From positions 39,211 to 103,210 of the IMG/VR virus record IMGVR_UViG_2882837327_000005: a stretch of DNA of 64,000 bases; one strand, given 5' to 3'. The position numbers and the translations under genes are program-made. Shown here in pieces: positions 29,440 through 38,748 of this stretch; within the stretch, counting starts at the first letter, position 1; the number at the start of each line of letters is the position of its first letter. The DNA is from a virus (lineage: Duplodnaviria; Caudoviricetes). Under the pieces are notes generated by a model. It ran no database searches and was not told the DNA's origin. It saw only the letters and a list, made by a program, of their open reading frames with translations.

Positions 29440-30795
29440 TCAGTCCTTGTAGGGGTCGCTGTCGCCCCTGCCGGCCATGGCCACGGCAAAGGGCGTCAGC
29501 TGGTGGGTGACCCGGATGCTGCCCGTGTGATGAGCGAGCACCTCGGGCAGGCGCCGGTAGGCCATGGGGCTCTCGTCGACATCACCGCCGTGGACGAGCA
29601 CGTCACGCTCGCGCAGCCAGTCCAGCATCTGCTCGCGGGTGAAGCGGCGGTGCGCCTCGCGGCGGCCATGGACGCGCCCGGCGCCATGGATCGTGGAGCG
29701 CAGCGCTGCCTGGGAGGCGGGGCCATCAACGCCTTCGATGATGACGGCGTTGTCGCCCATGCTGCCACCGACGAAGCCTTCCTGCCCCGGCCAGGCAGGA
29801 GTGGCGCCCTTGCGGACCACCCACATCTCGCGCCCGTGGTGGATCTCCTTCCAGGCGAAGTTGTGGTGGTTGTGCACGACCTTGGTGACAACAGCGCCGA
29901 TGATCCGCCGGACGCGGTCCACCACCCACTCACGCCCGGCATAGGCGTACTCGCCCGCCAGATGCATGGCGGCGAGGTAGCGCTGGCCCAGCTCCGAGTT
30001 CTCGTCCACCACCGCCGGGGGCACGAACATACCGTCCTGGCCGCCGGCCGCCTTGAGGTACTTGGTGGCAGAGGTGTGGCCGAGGCCCCGGCTGCCGAAA
30101 TGAACGCCGATCCAGACGAAGCCCAACTCGTCGCGGAACAGGTCGACATAGTGGTTGCCGCTGCCCACGGTGCCGAGCTGCTCGGCCGCCTTCGTCCGGA
30201 ATCTCTCAACATCGGCCGCGCGCCAGTGGTCGTCGTTGTCCAGCACCGGGTGCTGCACGCGCTCGGCGTTCGTGCGCCCGACCCCGAAGGAGACGGCCTT
30301 CACGATGTCGCCCAGGATCTCGGCGCGGCGCTCCGCGATGTCGCTGTACCGGGTGTCCAGGCGCACGGCCATGTTGCCGCAGCCGATGTCATAGCCCACG
30401 CCGGAGATCGAGATCTGGCCCTCATAGGCGATGACCCCGCCAACCGGCTGAGCATAGCCCAGGTGCCCGTCGGCGCAGAGGGCGCCCGCCAGAACGTTGC
30501 CCACGCTCATGCAGGTGCGCATCTGCTCGATGGTGCCCTGCTCATGGTCGCCGCACACCAGCAAAGGCGCGCTGGCGTAGCGCTCATCCTGCCCGGAGAC
30601 GCCGCGCGCCTCCTGGGCGGCAGCGGCGACGACCTCGGCGCGGGCGGTCGCGCGGAAGGTGCACCAGGCCGGCATGGAACGGCCTTCCTTGGTCTCGTGC
30701 GGGACGCGGGCGTCCGGTTCCAGGCCAGCTGCGATCGCGAGTTCGCGGGCGCGGGCCTCGAAGGCGTCCGGGCGTCGTATGATGGGGTCGCTCAT
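29440..30795 (-). CDS. rtcB: RtcB family RNA ligase
   Basis: DGHLGY, GYDIGCG, QLGTVGSGNHY, HFGSRG, NHHN, RKGA, GSMG, HGAGR, DESPMAY. Confidence 0.95.
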   Translation of the reverse strand: MSDPIIRRPDAFEARARELAIAAGLEPDARVPHETKEGRSMPAWCTFRATARAEVVAAAAQEARGVSGQDERYASAPLLVCGDHEQGTIEQMRTCMSVGNVLAGALCADGHLGYAQPVGGVIAYEGQISISGVGYDIGCGNMAVRLDTRYSDIAERRAEILGDIVKAVSFGVGRTNAERVQHPVLDNDDHWRAADVERFRTKAAEQLGTVGSGNHYVDLFRDELGFVWIGVHFGSRGLGHTSATKYLKAAGGQDGMFVPPAVVDENSELGQRYLAAMHLAGEYAYAGREWVVDRVRRIIGAVVTKVVHNHHNFAWKEIHHGREMWVVRKGATPAWPGQEGFVGGSMGDNAVIIEGVDGPASQAALRSTIHGAGRVHGRREAHRRFTREQMLDWLRERDVLVHGGDVDESPMAYRRLPEVLAHHTGSIRVTHQLTPFAVAMAGRGDSDPYKD

Positions 30796-30822
30796 GACGA
30801 GGGGCCTTTCAGGATGGAAGGG

Positions 30823-31647
30823 TCAGTTGGCCCGGCGGCGCGCCTTGGGGCGCTCAGCATCGGGAAGGAAGTAGGAGGGCACTTGAGGGGCTTCCTGCCC
30901 CGTGGCGCCGAGGAAACTGGTCATCACGCCAATGGCGCTGCGCGAGTGGGCTTCAGCGGCCACAAGGTGCTTGAAGATCTCCGGCGCGCTGTCCTGCAGG
31001 GCCATGGCCGCCTTGATCGCGGCAGCGGCATGCTCGGGCGAGGCCTTCCAGCCGTCGAGCTCTATCCCGGAATCCGCCAGAAGCGCGGCCACACGCGCCG
31101 CGCCGCCGGCAGCCCGCTCAATGCGGCCCTTCTCATACTCGAGCTTGTCGGCGACCCGGGCCTCAACCCGTTCGTTCACCGCAGCCTCGAACGCGCTGCT
31201 GTACAGCTTGACCTGCGCGCCTTGGGCCGCGCGCAGGAGAGCCGCGACGAAGTGCTTCGGCAGCACCGATGCCCGATCGTGGCGGGGCGCCTGGCGGGCG
31301 ACGGTGATCTTCAGATCCCCGGCGACCGTCATCAGGCCCCAGCCCACGGGGATCGTGCTCACATCGACCTTCAGATACTCAGGGACGATGATCCACCAGC
31401 AGTCGCAGTGCTGCGCGATGGCCTCGGCCTTCTCGGGGTTCAGCAGCTCGCGCTTCAGGTCGGACATGCTCACCTTGATCTCGAAGCCCTCGATGGCCAG
31501 CCCGCGGCTTGGCCACATGTTCATCATCACGGCGTCGGCATGGCGTTTCGTATGAGCGCCGGTGCCGTCCGCGACCTCGAACATGAGGACGCATTCCTGG
31601 CTGGGGTAGCGGCGGCGCAGCGCGTCGCGGATCATCTCGGCGTTCAT
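30823..31647 (-). CDS. PD-(D/E)XK-like (MmcB-like) phage protein
   Basis: FEV...AD...GFEIKVS.SD pattern. Confidence 0.6.
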   Translation of the reverse strand: MNAEMIRDALRRRYPSQECVLMFEVADGTGAHTKRHADAVMMNMWPSRGLAIEGFEIKVSMSDLKRELLNPEKAEAIAQHCDCWWIIVPEYLKVDVSTIPVGWGLMTVAGDLKITVARQAPRHDRASVLPKHFVAALLRAAQGAQVKLYSSAFEAAVNERVEARVADKLEYEKGRIERAAGGAARVAALLADSGIELDGWKASPEHAAAAIKAAMALQDSAPEIFKHLVAAEAHSRSAIGVMTSFLGATGQEAPQVPSYFLPDAERPKARRRAN

Positions 31648-32612
31648 GCCGCCGCCTCAGTCTTGGCGGCGCGATCAGCCTTCACCTTCTCCACCCAGGC
31701 CCGGATGGCCTGATAATGGACGCGGCACGAGAACGGGTATTCGTGGGTGCCGTAGTAGTCCTCCATCCCCAGCCGGTAGCAGAGGTCCGCCGCGTTCTCG
31801 GGGCCGCCATCGCTCAGGTGGCGTTCCAGAGCCTCCTTGATCTCCCGGCGCCCGGCGGCAGTGAAGATGCTCTCGGCGTCGTTGTAATCGAACTCCTGCC
31901 AGAGCCGCGCCCAGAGCTCCCACCCGTCCGGCACCTCGAAGAGGTCGGTCACGCCTTGCTTGCGCGCATCGAAGTCGCCAAAGCGCCGTTCCCTGCGCGG
32001 GATAGCGAGCGCCTGCGGCGGCTCGGGCAGGAAGTCGTCCTTGTTGGGGATGCCGACATCCTCTCCCGCCAGGCGTGCGCGTATTGCGGCCCTGGCTTCG
32101 TCTCGCCACTCCATCAGCGCCGGCGCGCGCTCCCGACGATATTCCTGCAGCTCTTGCCGGTAGCCGGAGGTTCGTCGACCGATGCCGTACCGCGGCCGGT
32201 GGCCATCCAGCATCTCCAGGGCGGGCTCATTGGCGGCCTGAATGATGAAGGCAGTCGTCGCCTCGGCCGAGAACTCCCGCTTGGCGCTGGACTTCTCCAT
32301 GAGGTAGCTGAACTCAATGCCATCAAGCCACTTCAGCGTGCTCTCCAGCGTCCTCATGGCCTGGTAATGCGTGACATTGAAGGTGCCGAGATCACCGGCA
32401 ATGGCCAGCGAGCCGGGCGTCCAAGTCACGCTGAAGGCGTAGTTGCTGTCCGCAAAGGTCTTCACCTTGGCCAGCTTCTGGGGGCCTTGCTGGCGGAACT
32501 GCACCGCCCGGTAGCGGGAGGCCATGTGCCAGGAAATGGACTGGCGCTCCGTCATCTCGTGGTTCTCGAACCAGGAGGCGATGCGCTTGTCGTCGGGGTC
32601 GGTCTTGGACAT
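31644..32612 (-). CDS. Hypothetical phage protein
   Basis: Start MSKTDPDD; PGSLAIAGDLGTF; stop overlaps next start. Confidence 0.6.
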   Translation of the reverse strand: MSKTDPDDKRIASWFENHEMTERQSISWHMASRYRAVQFRQQGPQKLAKVKTFADSNYAFSVTWTPGSLAIAGDLGTFNVTHYQAMRTLESTLKWLDGIEFSYLMEKSSAKREFSAEATTAFIIQAANEPALEMLDGHRPRYGIGRRTSGYRQELQEYRRERAPALMEWRDEARAAIRARLAGEDVGIPNKDDFLPEPPQALAIPRRERRFGDFDARKQGVTDLFEVPDGWELWARLWQEFDYNDAESIFTAAGRREIKEALERHLSDGGPENAADLCYRLGMEDYYGTHEYPFSCRVHYQAIRAWVEKVKADRAAKTEAAA

Positions 32613-32712
32613 CGGATGAGGGTTCCGAAAGTTCAGGGTGTCAGGCCGAGGGCCAGCAGCAAGCCCGCGACGGCGCCAAGCGCCATGCAGGCACGAAAGG
32701 CCAGGAGAACCA

Positions 32713-33213
32713 TCAGGCGGCCATCGCGGCGCGCGAGGTGGCGTTGATCTGGCGTCTGGCGCGGGAGGCGAAGTAGGAGCGCATGCCGGCCATGGCGCGG
32801 GTCTCGCTCTCGCCCCTCTCGCGAAGGGAGAGGAACACCCGTTCCTCCTCGAGGCTGAGGGGGCGGATGGCAGGATGCTGCACATCGTCGGCGCCGCCGT
32901 CTTCGGGTAACGGCAAGTCCCCTGTCAGCCGGAAGCTCTGGATCATCTCTTCGACATAGCTCGGGTTCAGGCCGATCTCGCGAGAGATGGTGGTCGGCCC
33001 CTTCCCGGCCTTGGCCCGCTCGACAATCCAGCCCTTCAGCTGATGGTCTTCCTTCGCCTTGGGCAGAACCTTGGCGTTGCGCAGGGCGCCGAGGCAGCGG
33101 GAGACAAGGGCCTGGGCGATGCAGAGGTCCTTGGCGATCTGGGATGGCAGGCGGCCCATCTCATACAGGTCGAGAACTTGGTCCCGAGTGACATCAAGAG
33201 GGGATCTGGGCAT
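32713..33213 (-). CDS. Putative DNA-binding protein with tandem HTH-like segments
   Basis: PSQIAKDLCI and PTTISREIGL; GAGGAG RBS. Confidence 0.5.
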   Translation of the reverse strand: MPRSPLDVTRDQVLDLYEMGRLPSQIAKDLCIAQALVSRCLGALRNAKVLPKAKEDHQLKGWIVERAKAGKGPTTISREIGLNPSYVEEMIQSFRLTGDLPLPEDGGADDVQHPAIRPLSLEEERVFLSLRERGESETRAMAGMRSYFASRARRQINATSRAAMAA

Positions 33214-33442
33214 GGGGCGTCTCCTCGCCGTACACGACGGCGTCGATTTCGGTGGGGCTGGCGCCCTGGCGCAGGCCATTGACGCGAAGGGCGGTGCGAA
33301 GGCGGCCGAGTTCGGCCAGCAGCACCGCAAGGTCGGTCTTCTCGACCATGACCGTGCCGCCTCCCAGCATGGGCGGCAGGAAGGGGGACGAGAGGCGCTG
33401 GATCGCCGCCTGGACGACATCCCGGGTGGCGGCGGCCATCAC
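33194..33442 (-). CDS. Hypothetical protein
   Basis: 82 aa, coupled. Confidence 0.5.
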   Translation of the reverse strand: MMAAATRDVVQAAIQRLSSPFLPPMLGGGTVMVEKTDLAVLLAELGRLRTALRVNGLRQGASPTEIDAVVYGEETPHAQIPS

Positions 33443-35121
33443 GCCACCCGCGCACCGCGCAGCGCGGCCAGGCGGTGAACCACATTACGCTCGGCCAGGA
33501 GGCGGGCCATTCGCTTCGGCACGCTGTTGCCGATGAGCCGCATGGATTCCGTCTTGGACAGCGCGCGGGCGACGCCGTCGATGACGATCTGCTTCGGCAG
33601 CTCCAGCTCGTGCGCGGCGGCGGCCTCATGGGGCTCGAGCATCCGCATGCCGATGTCGTGCAGGATGTACTGCTCGCCGGCGAAGCTGGCCGTGACCACC
33701 CCGAAGCGGGCCTTGGTCGTGACCGTATCCAGCGCCTGGGTGCAGGACTGCGAGACGCCGCCCTCGCCGTAGTATTTGGTCATGAAGGCGGCGACGGCGG
33801 CGATGTGGTTGCCGCCAGCGGTCAGGGTCGGCAGCGGATCCTGGGCCGAGAGCGAGGTACCGGTGCCGCGCAGGTGGGCGAAGTATGCCGCGCAGACCTG
33901 CTGCTGCGTCCCCCGGGTGGTCAGGGTCGAGAGCGGCTTGCTGACCGGGTTCCCGATGTTCCCCAGGTTGTGCTGCGCCATCCAGGCGGCCACGACCGCG
34001 TGCTTGCTGCTGCTGGCCACGACCGTGCCCAGAGGGGCCTGAATGTCGAGCGCGCGGGGCGCCTGGCCCGGCCGCTCGCCATAGCCCGTCTGGATCATCG
34101 TGGCGGCCGCCAGCTTCGGCGCGATGACGGCGAACTCTCCGCGCTGCGCCGTGGTCAGTGTCGGCAGCGGCCCCGTGCTGGGATAGGACCGCGGGGGCCC
34201 GCTGTGGGTCAGCGGGATAAAGAACGGCTGCGGGTGGTCCAGCACCTCGCGCCGCAGGCCGAAGGCGATGCGCTGGTGCGTGGCGTCCACCAGGGGCTTC
34301 GGGCGCTCGAAGATGCTGGGGATCGGGAGCGACCAGTCAATGATGCTGTAGGCCGGCACCCAGGGCAGCAGACCACCCTTCCCTTCCTCCGCATGGCTCT
34401 GCACCGGCCAGGCCGGCGAGCTGCCGTCGAAGCTGAGCACGGCGAACCACCGGCGCCGCGTCGTGGGCACGCCGAAATCGGCACAGCACAGGTCGCGGTC
34501 CTGATAGGTGGCGCCCAGGCGCTCGAGGTGCTTTACGAAGGCCCGGAAGCTGCGGCCGAGCCGCCGCTTGTCGCGGACCAGCTGCTGCTGCTGGCGGGGC
34601 ACGTGCTCGCCCTTCGCCGCTACGGTGTCGTCCAGCTTCAGGACGCGGCCGGTGGCCTTGTCGCGCTTGGCGATCAGCGGGCCCCAGCCCCGGATCTCGC
34701 GGACATTCTCCATCAGGACGATTTCCGGCCTGGTCTTCCCGACCCAGCGGCAGACCTGCCAGGCCAGCGACCGGACACGGGGGCTGCGCGGCGCGCCGCC
34801 CTTCGCCACGGAGTGGTCCCGGCAGTCTGGGCTTGCCCAGAGCACCTTCACCCGCCGCCCGCCAGTCGCCGCCACCGGGTCGATGTCGAAGATGTCGCCC
34901 TTCAGGTGCTTCGTGTGCGGGTGCAGCGCCTGGTGAGCGGCGATAGCCACTGCGTCATGGTTGACCGCCACATGCACCGGGCAGCCAGCCTCCTCGAGCC
35001 CCGCGCAAGCGCCGCCCAGCCCCGCGAACAGGACGACCGTGATCCCCTCGTCCAGCGGCCACTGGGCGGGGTTCGGTGCCGGCGGCCGACGGCGCCTGCG
35101 GAAGGACCCACCATCAGGCAT
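33439..35121 (-). CDS. DNA cytosine-C5 methyltransferase (orphan)
   Basis: LFAGLGG, ASPDC, MENV, PTTRRR, IGNSV. Confidence 0.92.
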   Translation of the reverse strand: MPDGGSFRRRRRPPAPNPAQWPLDEGITVVLFAGLGGACAGLEEAGCPVHVAVNHDAVAIAAHQALHPHTKHLKGDIFDIDPVAATGGRRVKVLWASPDCRDHSVAKGGAPRSPRVRSLAWQVCRWVGKTRPEIVLMENVREIRGWGPLIAKRDKATGRVLKLDDTVAAKGEHVPRQQQQLVRDKRRLGRSFRAFVKHLERLGATYQDRDLCCADFGVPTTRRRWFAVLSFDGSSPAWPVQSHAEEGKGGLLPWVPAYSIIDWSLPIPSIFERPKPLVDATHQRIAFGLRREVLDHPQPFFIPLTHSGPPRSYPSTGPLPTLTTAQRGEFAVIAPKLAAATMIQTGYGERPGQAPRALDIQAPLGTVVASSSKHAVVAAWMAQHNLGNIGNPVSKPLSTLTTRGTQQQVCAAYFAHLRGTGTSLSAQDPLPTLTAGGNHIAAVAAFMTKYYGEGGVSQSCTQALDTVTTKARFGVVTASFAGEQYILHDIGMRMLEPHEAAAAHELELPKQIVIDGVARALSKTESMRLIGNSVPKRMARLLAERNVVHRLAALRGARVA

Positions 35122-36064
35122 GGGCGGTGGCCACCGGAGCGTGGACCTCAGGCCGGCCGAACCCAATGGAGCGGCGCGCTTGGTCAGGGTTCTGGTTGGC
35201 CCATTCCTGGACGAACCAGAGCTGGCCACAGCCGCCGCCGATCGTGTCCTGGCCGGCGGGGTCGAAGACCCGGACATCAAAGCCGAGGCCCAGCAGCTTG
35301 TCGCCGAACCCGGTGGCCAGCCGGCGCTGGTGCTCATTCGTCGCGGGCAGGCCTTCCGACCTCTCGCAGACCACCGAGACCGTGGCGTTCCACACCGTGG
35401 GGTGGAAGAGCTTGGCAAGACGCTCGGCGTCGATGTCAGCGCTGTTCTCGTCGTGAGCGCAGTAGTTGAAGAACGGCCGGCGGCCGGTGGCCTGCGCCCA
35501 CTCCGCGCCGCGCAGCGCGATGTCCCAGAGGCCCAGCTTGCGCTGGAAAGGGATCAGCTTGTCCCGGGCTTCATCGGTGCTCTCGTGCACGGAGAACTGC
35601 AGCCCGACGGTAGGCACCCGGACGCTAATATCCACGACATCGGCGAAAGCCTTGCCGATATCGGGCGCCGAGGTCGAGATCAGCAGCGCCGCGCTGGGAT
35701 ACATGGCGTACAGCCGCTCGATGGCCGGGATCAGGCCGGCCAGGTTCAGCAACGGCTCGCCCATGGACATGAACATGATCTGCAGGCGCTTCATTTCGGC
35801 CGGCGCGACGCCCGTCTCGGCGATGCAGTGCTCGACCTGCGCCACGATCTCCTCGGCGCTGAGCGAGCGCGCGAAGAAATCGCCCGCGCCGCAGAAGCGG
35901 CAGCCCATCGGGCAGCCGCTCATGGTCGAGCAGCAGATGACGGTCCGGGTGGCATAGTCCGGGTAGCGGTAGAGTACCGCTTCGGCGACCGCCGTATCCT
36001 TGGTGAAGACGAACTTCGAGACGTTCTGCGCGGGATCCTGGATCTCGCGGATGCTGTTCCACAT
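35114..36064 (-). CDS. RlmN/Cfr-like radical SAM RNA methyltransferase, lacking the N-terminal domain
   Basis: TVICCSTMSGCPMGCRFC, MSMGEP, IGGGCGQL. Confidence 0.8.
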   Translation of the reverse strand: MWNSIREIQDPAQNVSKFVFTKDTAVAEAVLYRYPDYATRTVICCSTMSGCPMGCRFCGAGDFFARSLSAEEIVAQVEHCIAETGVAPAEMKRLQIMFMSMGEPLLNLAGLIPAIERLYAMYPSAALLISTSAPDIGKAFADVVDISVRVPTVGLQFSVHESTDEARDKLIPFQRKLGLWDIALRGAEWAQATGRRPFFNYCAHDENSADIDAERLAKLFHPTVWNATVSVVCERSEGLPATNEHQRRLATGFGDKLLGLGFDVRVFDPAGQDTIGGGCGQLWFVQEWANQNPDQARRSIGFGRPEVHAPVATAHA

Positions 36065-36123
36065 GGGGGGGCCTCGGGGGCAGGAAGGTTGCGTATGGGC
36101 TGAGTGACGCCGGCATGGGCCGG

Positions 36124-36447
36124 CTACAGGTTGTCCTGCAGCCGCCCGGTGCAGTGGGCGAGCCGCTCTGCCAGGCTCTTCAGCGCCTCGATCTCGCATG
36201 ACAGCTGATCCAGGAGGCTTTCCTCGCTGCTGCGCTTCTGGAGATCGCCAGCACCGCCGACAGGGGCGGGGCCGAAGGTCCTGTCCAGCTTGCGCTCCTG
36301 CTCGCTGACGTTGCTGCCAATGCGAGAGCTGATCTGGGAAAGCTCGCCGATGAGCGTGGCGAGACGCCCGGGCGGCCGGGGGGATTCATCTCCAGCGCCG
36401 GCGGAATAGCCGCCGAAGCCGCGCGGGAGGGTGCCCATGCCGCTCAT
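36124..36447 (-). CDS. Hypothetical protein
   Basis: 107 aa, coupled to tmk. Confidence 0.55.
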   Translation of the reverse strand: MSGMGTLPRGFGGYSAGAGDESPRPPGRLATLIGELSQISSRIGSNVSEQERKLDRTFGPAPVGGAGDLQKRSSEESLLDQLSCEIEALKSLAERLAHCTGRLQDNL

Positions 36448-37205
36448 GCTGCCACTCCCTGCCGGCGCGGGGGCACGCCGAGCATCGCCCCCGCCCGCTC
36501 CCTCCGCTCATCAGACGCGGCCTGGAAGGCGCGCATCACCGCGAGGTGGGTCTGGGCCGCATCCAGGTTCGTCACGTCGATGGTCCGCACCACGCGGCCG
36601 TCGATCTGGAGGGGCGCGCGAAACGCATTGACGATGCGGCGGCGCTCCGACGCGAACTTCTCATCGAGCTGGTCGCTGAGCCGGTTCTCCGAGGAAAGTG
36701 ACCAATTCGGCATCGCCGCCTTCCGCGCCCGCAGCCGAGCCTCAATGGCCTGCTCGTCGGCATCGAGGATGATGGTCAGGTCCGGCATGTGCCAGTCGCG
36801 GGAAGCGGCCAGGAAGACCTGCTCCACCACCCTGCCCTTGCCCGCCACCTGGTAGGCGAAGGTCGTGTCGATGTAGCGGTCACAGACTACGACGGGAGCC
36901 TGGAGCCCGGTCGGCAGCCGCCCATCCAGGAAGCCAGTCACGATGCGGTCCACCAGTGCCTTGTTGAGCAGGTGGGGCATGATCACGGAGCGCAGGTGCT
37001 CGCTGCGCGCCGCGGCCAGCAGATGCAGGGCCTCGAGCGGGGTGGCGGTCAGCAGGGCCTGCCGGGCGACGGCGCCCAGCCCGTCGTGACGCGGCTCGCC
37101 CGTCAGGAGCACGTTGAAGTTGGCGTTCTCCCGCAGCTTGTCGGCGAGCAGCTTCGCCTGCGTGGTTTTCCCGACGCCATCGGCGCCCTCGATCGTGATG
37201 AACAT
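36444..37205 (-). CDS. tmk: Thymidylate kinase
   Basis: FITIEGADGVGKTTQ, CDRYIDTTFAYQ, PDLTIILD. Confidence 0.92.
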   Translation of the reverse strand: MFITIEGADGVGKTTQAKLLADKLRENANFNVLLTGEPRHDGLGAVARQALLTATPLEALHLLAAARSEHLRSVIMPHLLNKALVDRIVTGFLDGRLPTGLQAPVVVCDRYIDTTFAYQVAGKGRVVEQVFLAASRDWHMPDLTIILDADEQAIEARLRARKAAMPNWSLSSENRLSDQLDEKFASERRRIVNAFRAPLQIDGRVVRTIDVTNLDAAQTHLAVMRAFQAASDERRERAGAMLGVPPRRQGVAA

Positions 37206-37317
37206 TCGCGCCTCGCGGATGTGATTTCGGACAAGAAGGGTCGCGCCGCGGCAGTCTGTTTTGCGGCAGATAACTGCCGCGGCGCCTTGCCGCGCTGGAG
37301 GAGCGCGACGTTCGATC

Positions 37318-37394
37318 TGGATGCGGAAGTTGGATTTGAACCAACGACCTCCTGGTTATGAGCCAGGCGCGCTACCGGACTGCGCTATCCCGCA
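37318..37394 (-). tRNA. Phage tRNA with CAT anticodon (Met-like, atypical identity elements)
   Basis: TGCGGGA-TA-GCGC-AGTCCGGTA-GCGC-G-CCTGG-CTCATAA-CCAGG-AGGTC-GTTGG-TTCAAAT-CCAAC-TTCCGCA-T-CCA cloverleaf. Confidence 0.92.
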
Positions 37395-37497
37395 ATGGCC
37401 CCCGGACGGCGTTTCGATCCCGCCCTCCAGGGTCCTGAGGCACCGGCCGGCTGACCCTCCGACCACCGACCCGCTCCTCATGAACGCAGTCGTAGAA

Positions 37498-37511
37498 CAC
37501 ATTAAAATGTG
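37498..37511. promoter_or_regulatory. Operator palindrome CACAT-N4-ATGTG
   Basis: CACATtaaaATGTG upstream of the tRNA/tmk operon. Confidence 0.7.
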
Positions 37512-37524
37512 CCGTCAATGTGAT

Positions 37525-37836
37525 TTATGTGTTTCGACTGCGAAAAACACATGCTGGGAGATGACGCCGGTACTTGGCGGCCAAGCGGTCGATCTGCTGG
37601 ATCTGGGCGGCCGAGAAGCGGGCCTCTCGGGCGCGCGCCAGCATGGCCATGCCGCGGATGAAGGGCCGATCAGTGGCGGCGAGGCGCCGCTCCACCTCAC
37701 CCAAGGCGCGGGCCTTCGCGACGGCCTCTGGCGGAGCCAGGAAGGTGCGCTGAGGCGAGGCTGCCGTCGCCTTTGGCTTGTCGCGATGGTCCCTCGGGCG
37801 CGCCTGCAGCGGCAGGACGCCGAACAGGCCGGTCAC
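37525..37836 (-). CDS. Hypothetical protein
   Basis: GTG overlaps upstream TGA; basic helical protein. Confidence 0.4.
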   Translation of the reverse strand: MTGLFGVLPLQARPRDHRDKPKATAASPQRTFLAPPEAVAKARALGEVERRLAATDRPFIRGMAMLARAREARFSAAQIQQIDRLAAKYRRHLPACVFRSRNT

Positions 37837-38087
37837 GCGCGCAGGTGGCTGTTGAGCTTCGCCACCGAGGCTTCGAGGTTGTAGCTGATCAGCACCGCGC
37901 CAGGCGCCAGCTTCGCGGCGAACTGGCAGGCGGCTTCGGTGGCCGGGAGGATGATGGAGTGGACGCCGGGCACCATCAGCGCCAGGCGAGGGATGCCCCA
38001 GGCTTGATCCGTGGCGTCGTGGATAGCGATGGTTTTCGCGGCGCCGGCGCTGAAGATCTGACGCAAGGCGTGGGGAAGGAATTCCAA
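37833..38087 (-). CDS. Hypothetical protein
   Basis: TTG start just after the ssb stop. Confidence 0.35.
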   Translation of the reverse strand: MEFLPHALRQIFSAGAAKTIAIHDATDQAWGIPRLALMVPGVHSIILPATEAACQFAAKLAPGAVLISYNLEASVAKLNSHLRA

Positions 38088-38091
38088 GCAA

Positions 38092-38598
38092 TCAGAACGG
38101 GATGTCGTCGTCCCGGTAATCCTTCTTGCCGTTGACGTAGTCCTGGTTGCTTTGGCGCTGGCGCCCTGCGTCAGGCTGCCTGCCTCCGGTTCCCCGGCCT
38201 CGATCCTCGCCTCCGTTGCCATGGCCTCCATCACCATCCCCCTCCTGACGCAGGTTGCCGCCGACGAGGGCCACCTGCCCCCGAAATTGGCGCAGCACGA
38301 TTTCGGTGGTGTAGCGCTCGACACCATCCTTGTCGGACCATTTACGGGTCTCGAGCTGGCCTTCGATGAAGACCTCATTGCCTTTTCGCAGGTAGCGCTC
38401 GGCCACGTCGCATAAGTGCTCGTTGAAGATCGCGACGGAGTGCCACTCCGTGCGCTCCTGCAGATTGCCCTCGCGATCCTTGAACTTTTCGCTTGTCGCC
38501 AATCGCAGGTTCACGACCCGGTTGCCGTTTTGAAGGGTCCGCGTCTCTGGGTCGCGACCAAGGCGCCCCAGGATCATGACCTTGTTGACGCCCGCCAT
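38092..38598 (-). CDS. ssb: Single-stranded DNA-binding protein
   Basis: MAGVNKVMILGRLGRDPE, TEWH, C-term DDDIPF. Confidence 0.97.
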   Translation of the reverse strand: MAGVNKVMILGRLGRDPETRTLQNGNRVVNLRLATSEKFKDREGNLQERTEWHSVAIFNEHLCDVAERYLRKGNEVFIEGQLETRKWSDKDGVERYTTEIVLRQFRGQVALVGGNLRQEGDGDGGHGNGGEDRGRGTGGRQPDAGRQRQSNQDYVNGKKDYRDDDIPF

Positions 38599-38660
38599 CA
38601 GATCACCCTGTCCATGGCCCTGCGGGTAGCATGCGGCGGCACGCGCCGCCTAGTGTAAAA

Positions 38661-38674
38661 CACATCTAAATGTG
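38661..38674. promoter_or_regulatory. Operator palindrome in the divergent ssb/early region
   Basis: CACATctaaATGTG inside a longer imperfect inverted repeat GTGTAAAA...TTTTTACAC. Confidence 0.75.
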
Positions 38675-38693
38675 TTTTTACACGGTTTTGACC

Positions 38694-38722
38694 TTGCAAT
38701 AATTCCTACGTTCTGTTACTTT
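38694..38722 (+). promoter_or_regulatory. Sigma70-like promoter of the early array
   Basis: TTGCAA-17 nt-TACTTT with extended TG. Confidence 0.6.
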
Positions 38723-38748
38723 GGAGGGGTTCGGAGGGCATTGCCCGA

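Noticed and set aside
37230-37310. Long hairpins between tmk and the tRNA as a riboswitch or second tRNA
   Set aside because: No cloverleaf or recognisable aptamer consensus; probably a processing or stability structure.
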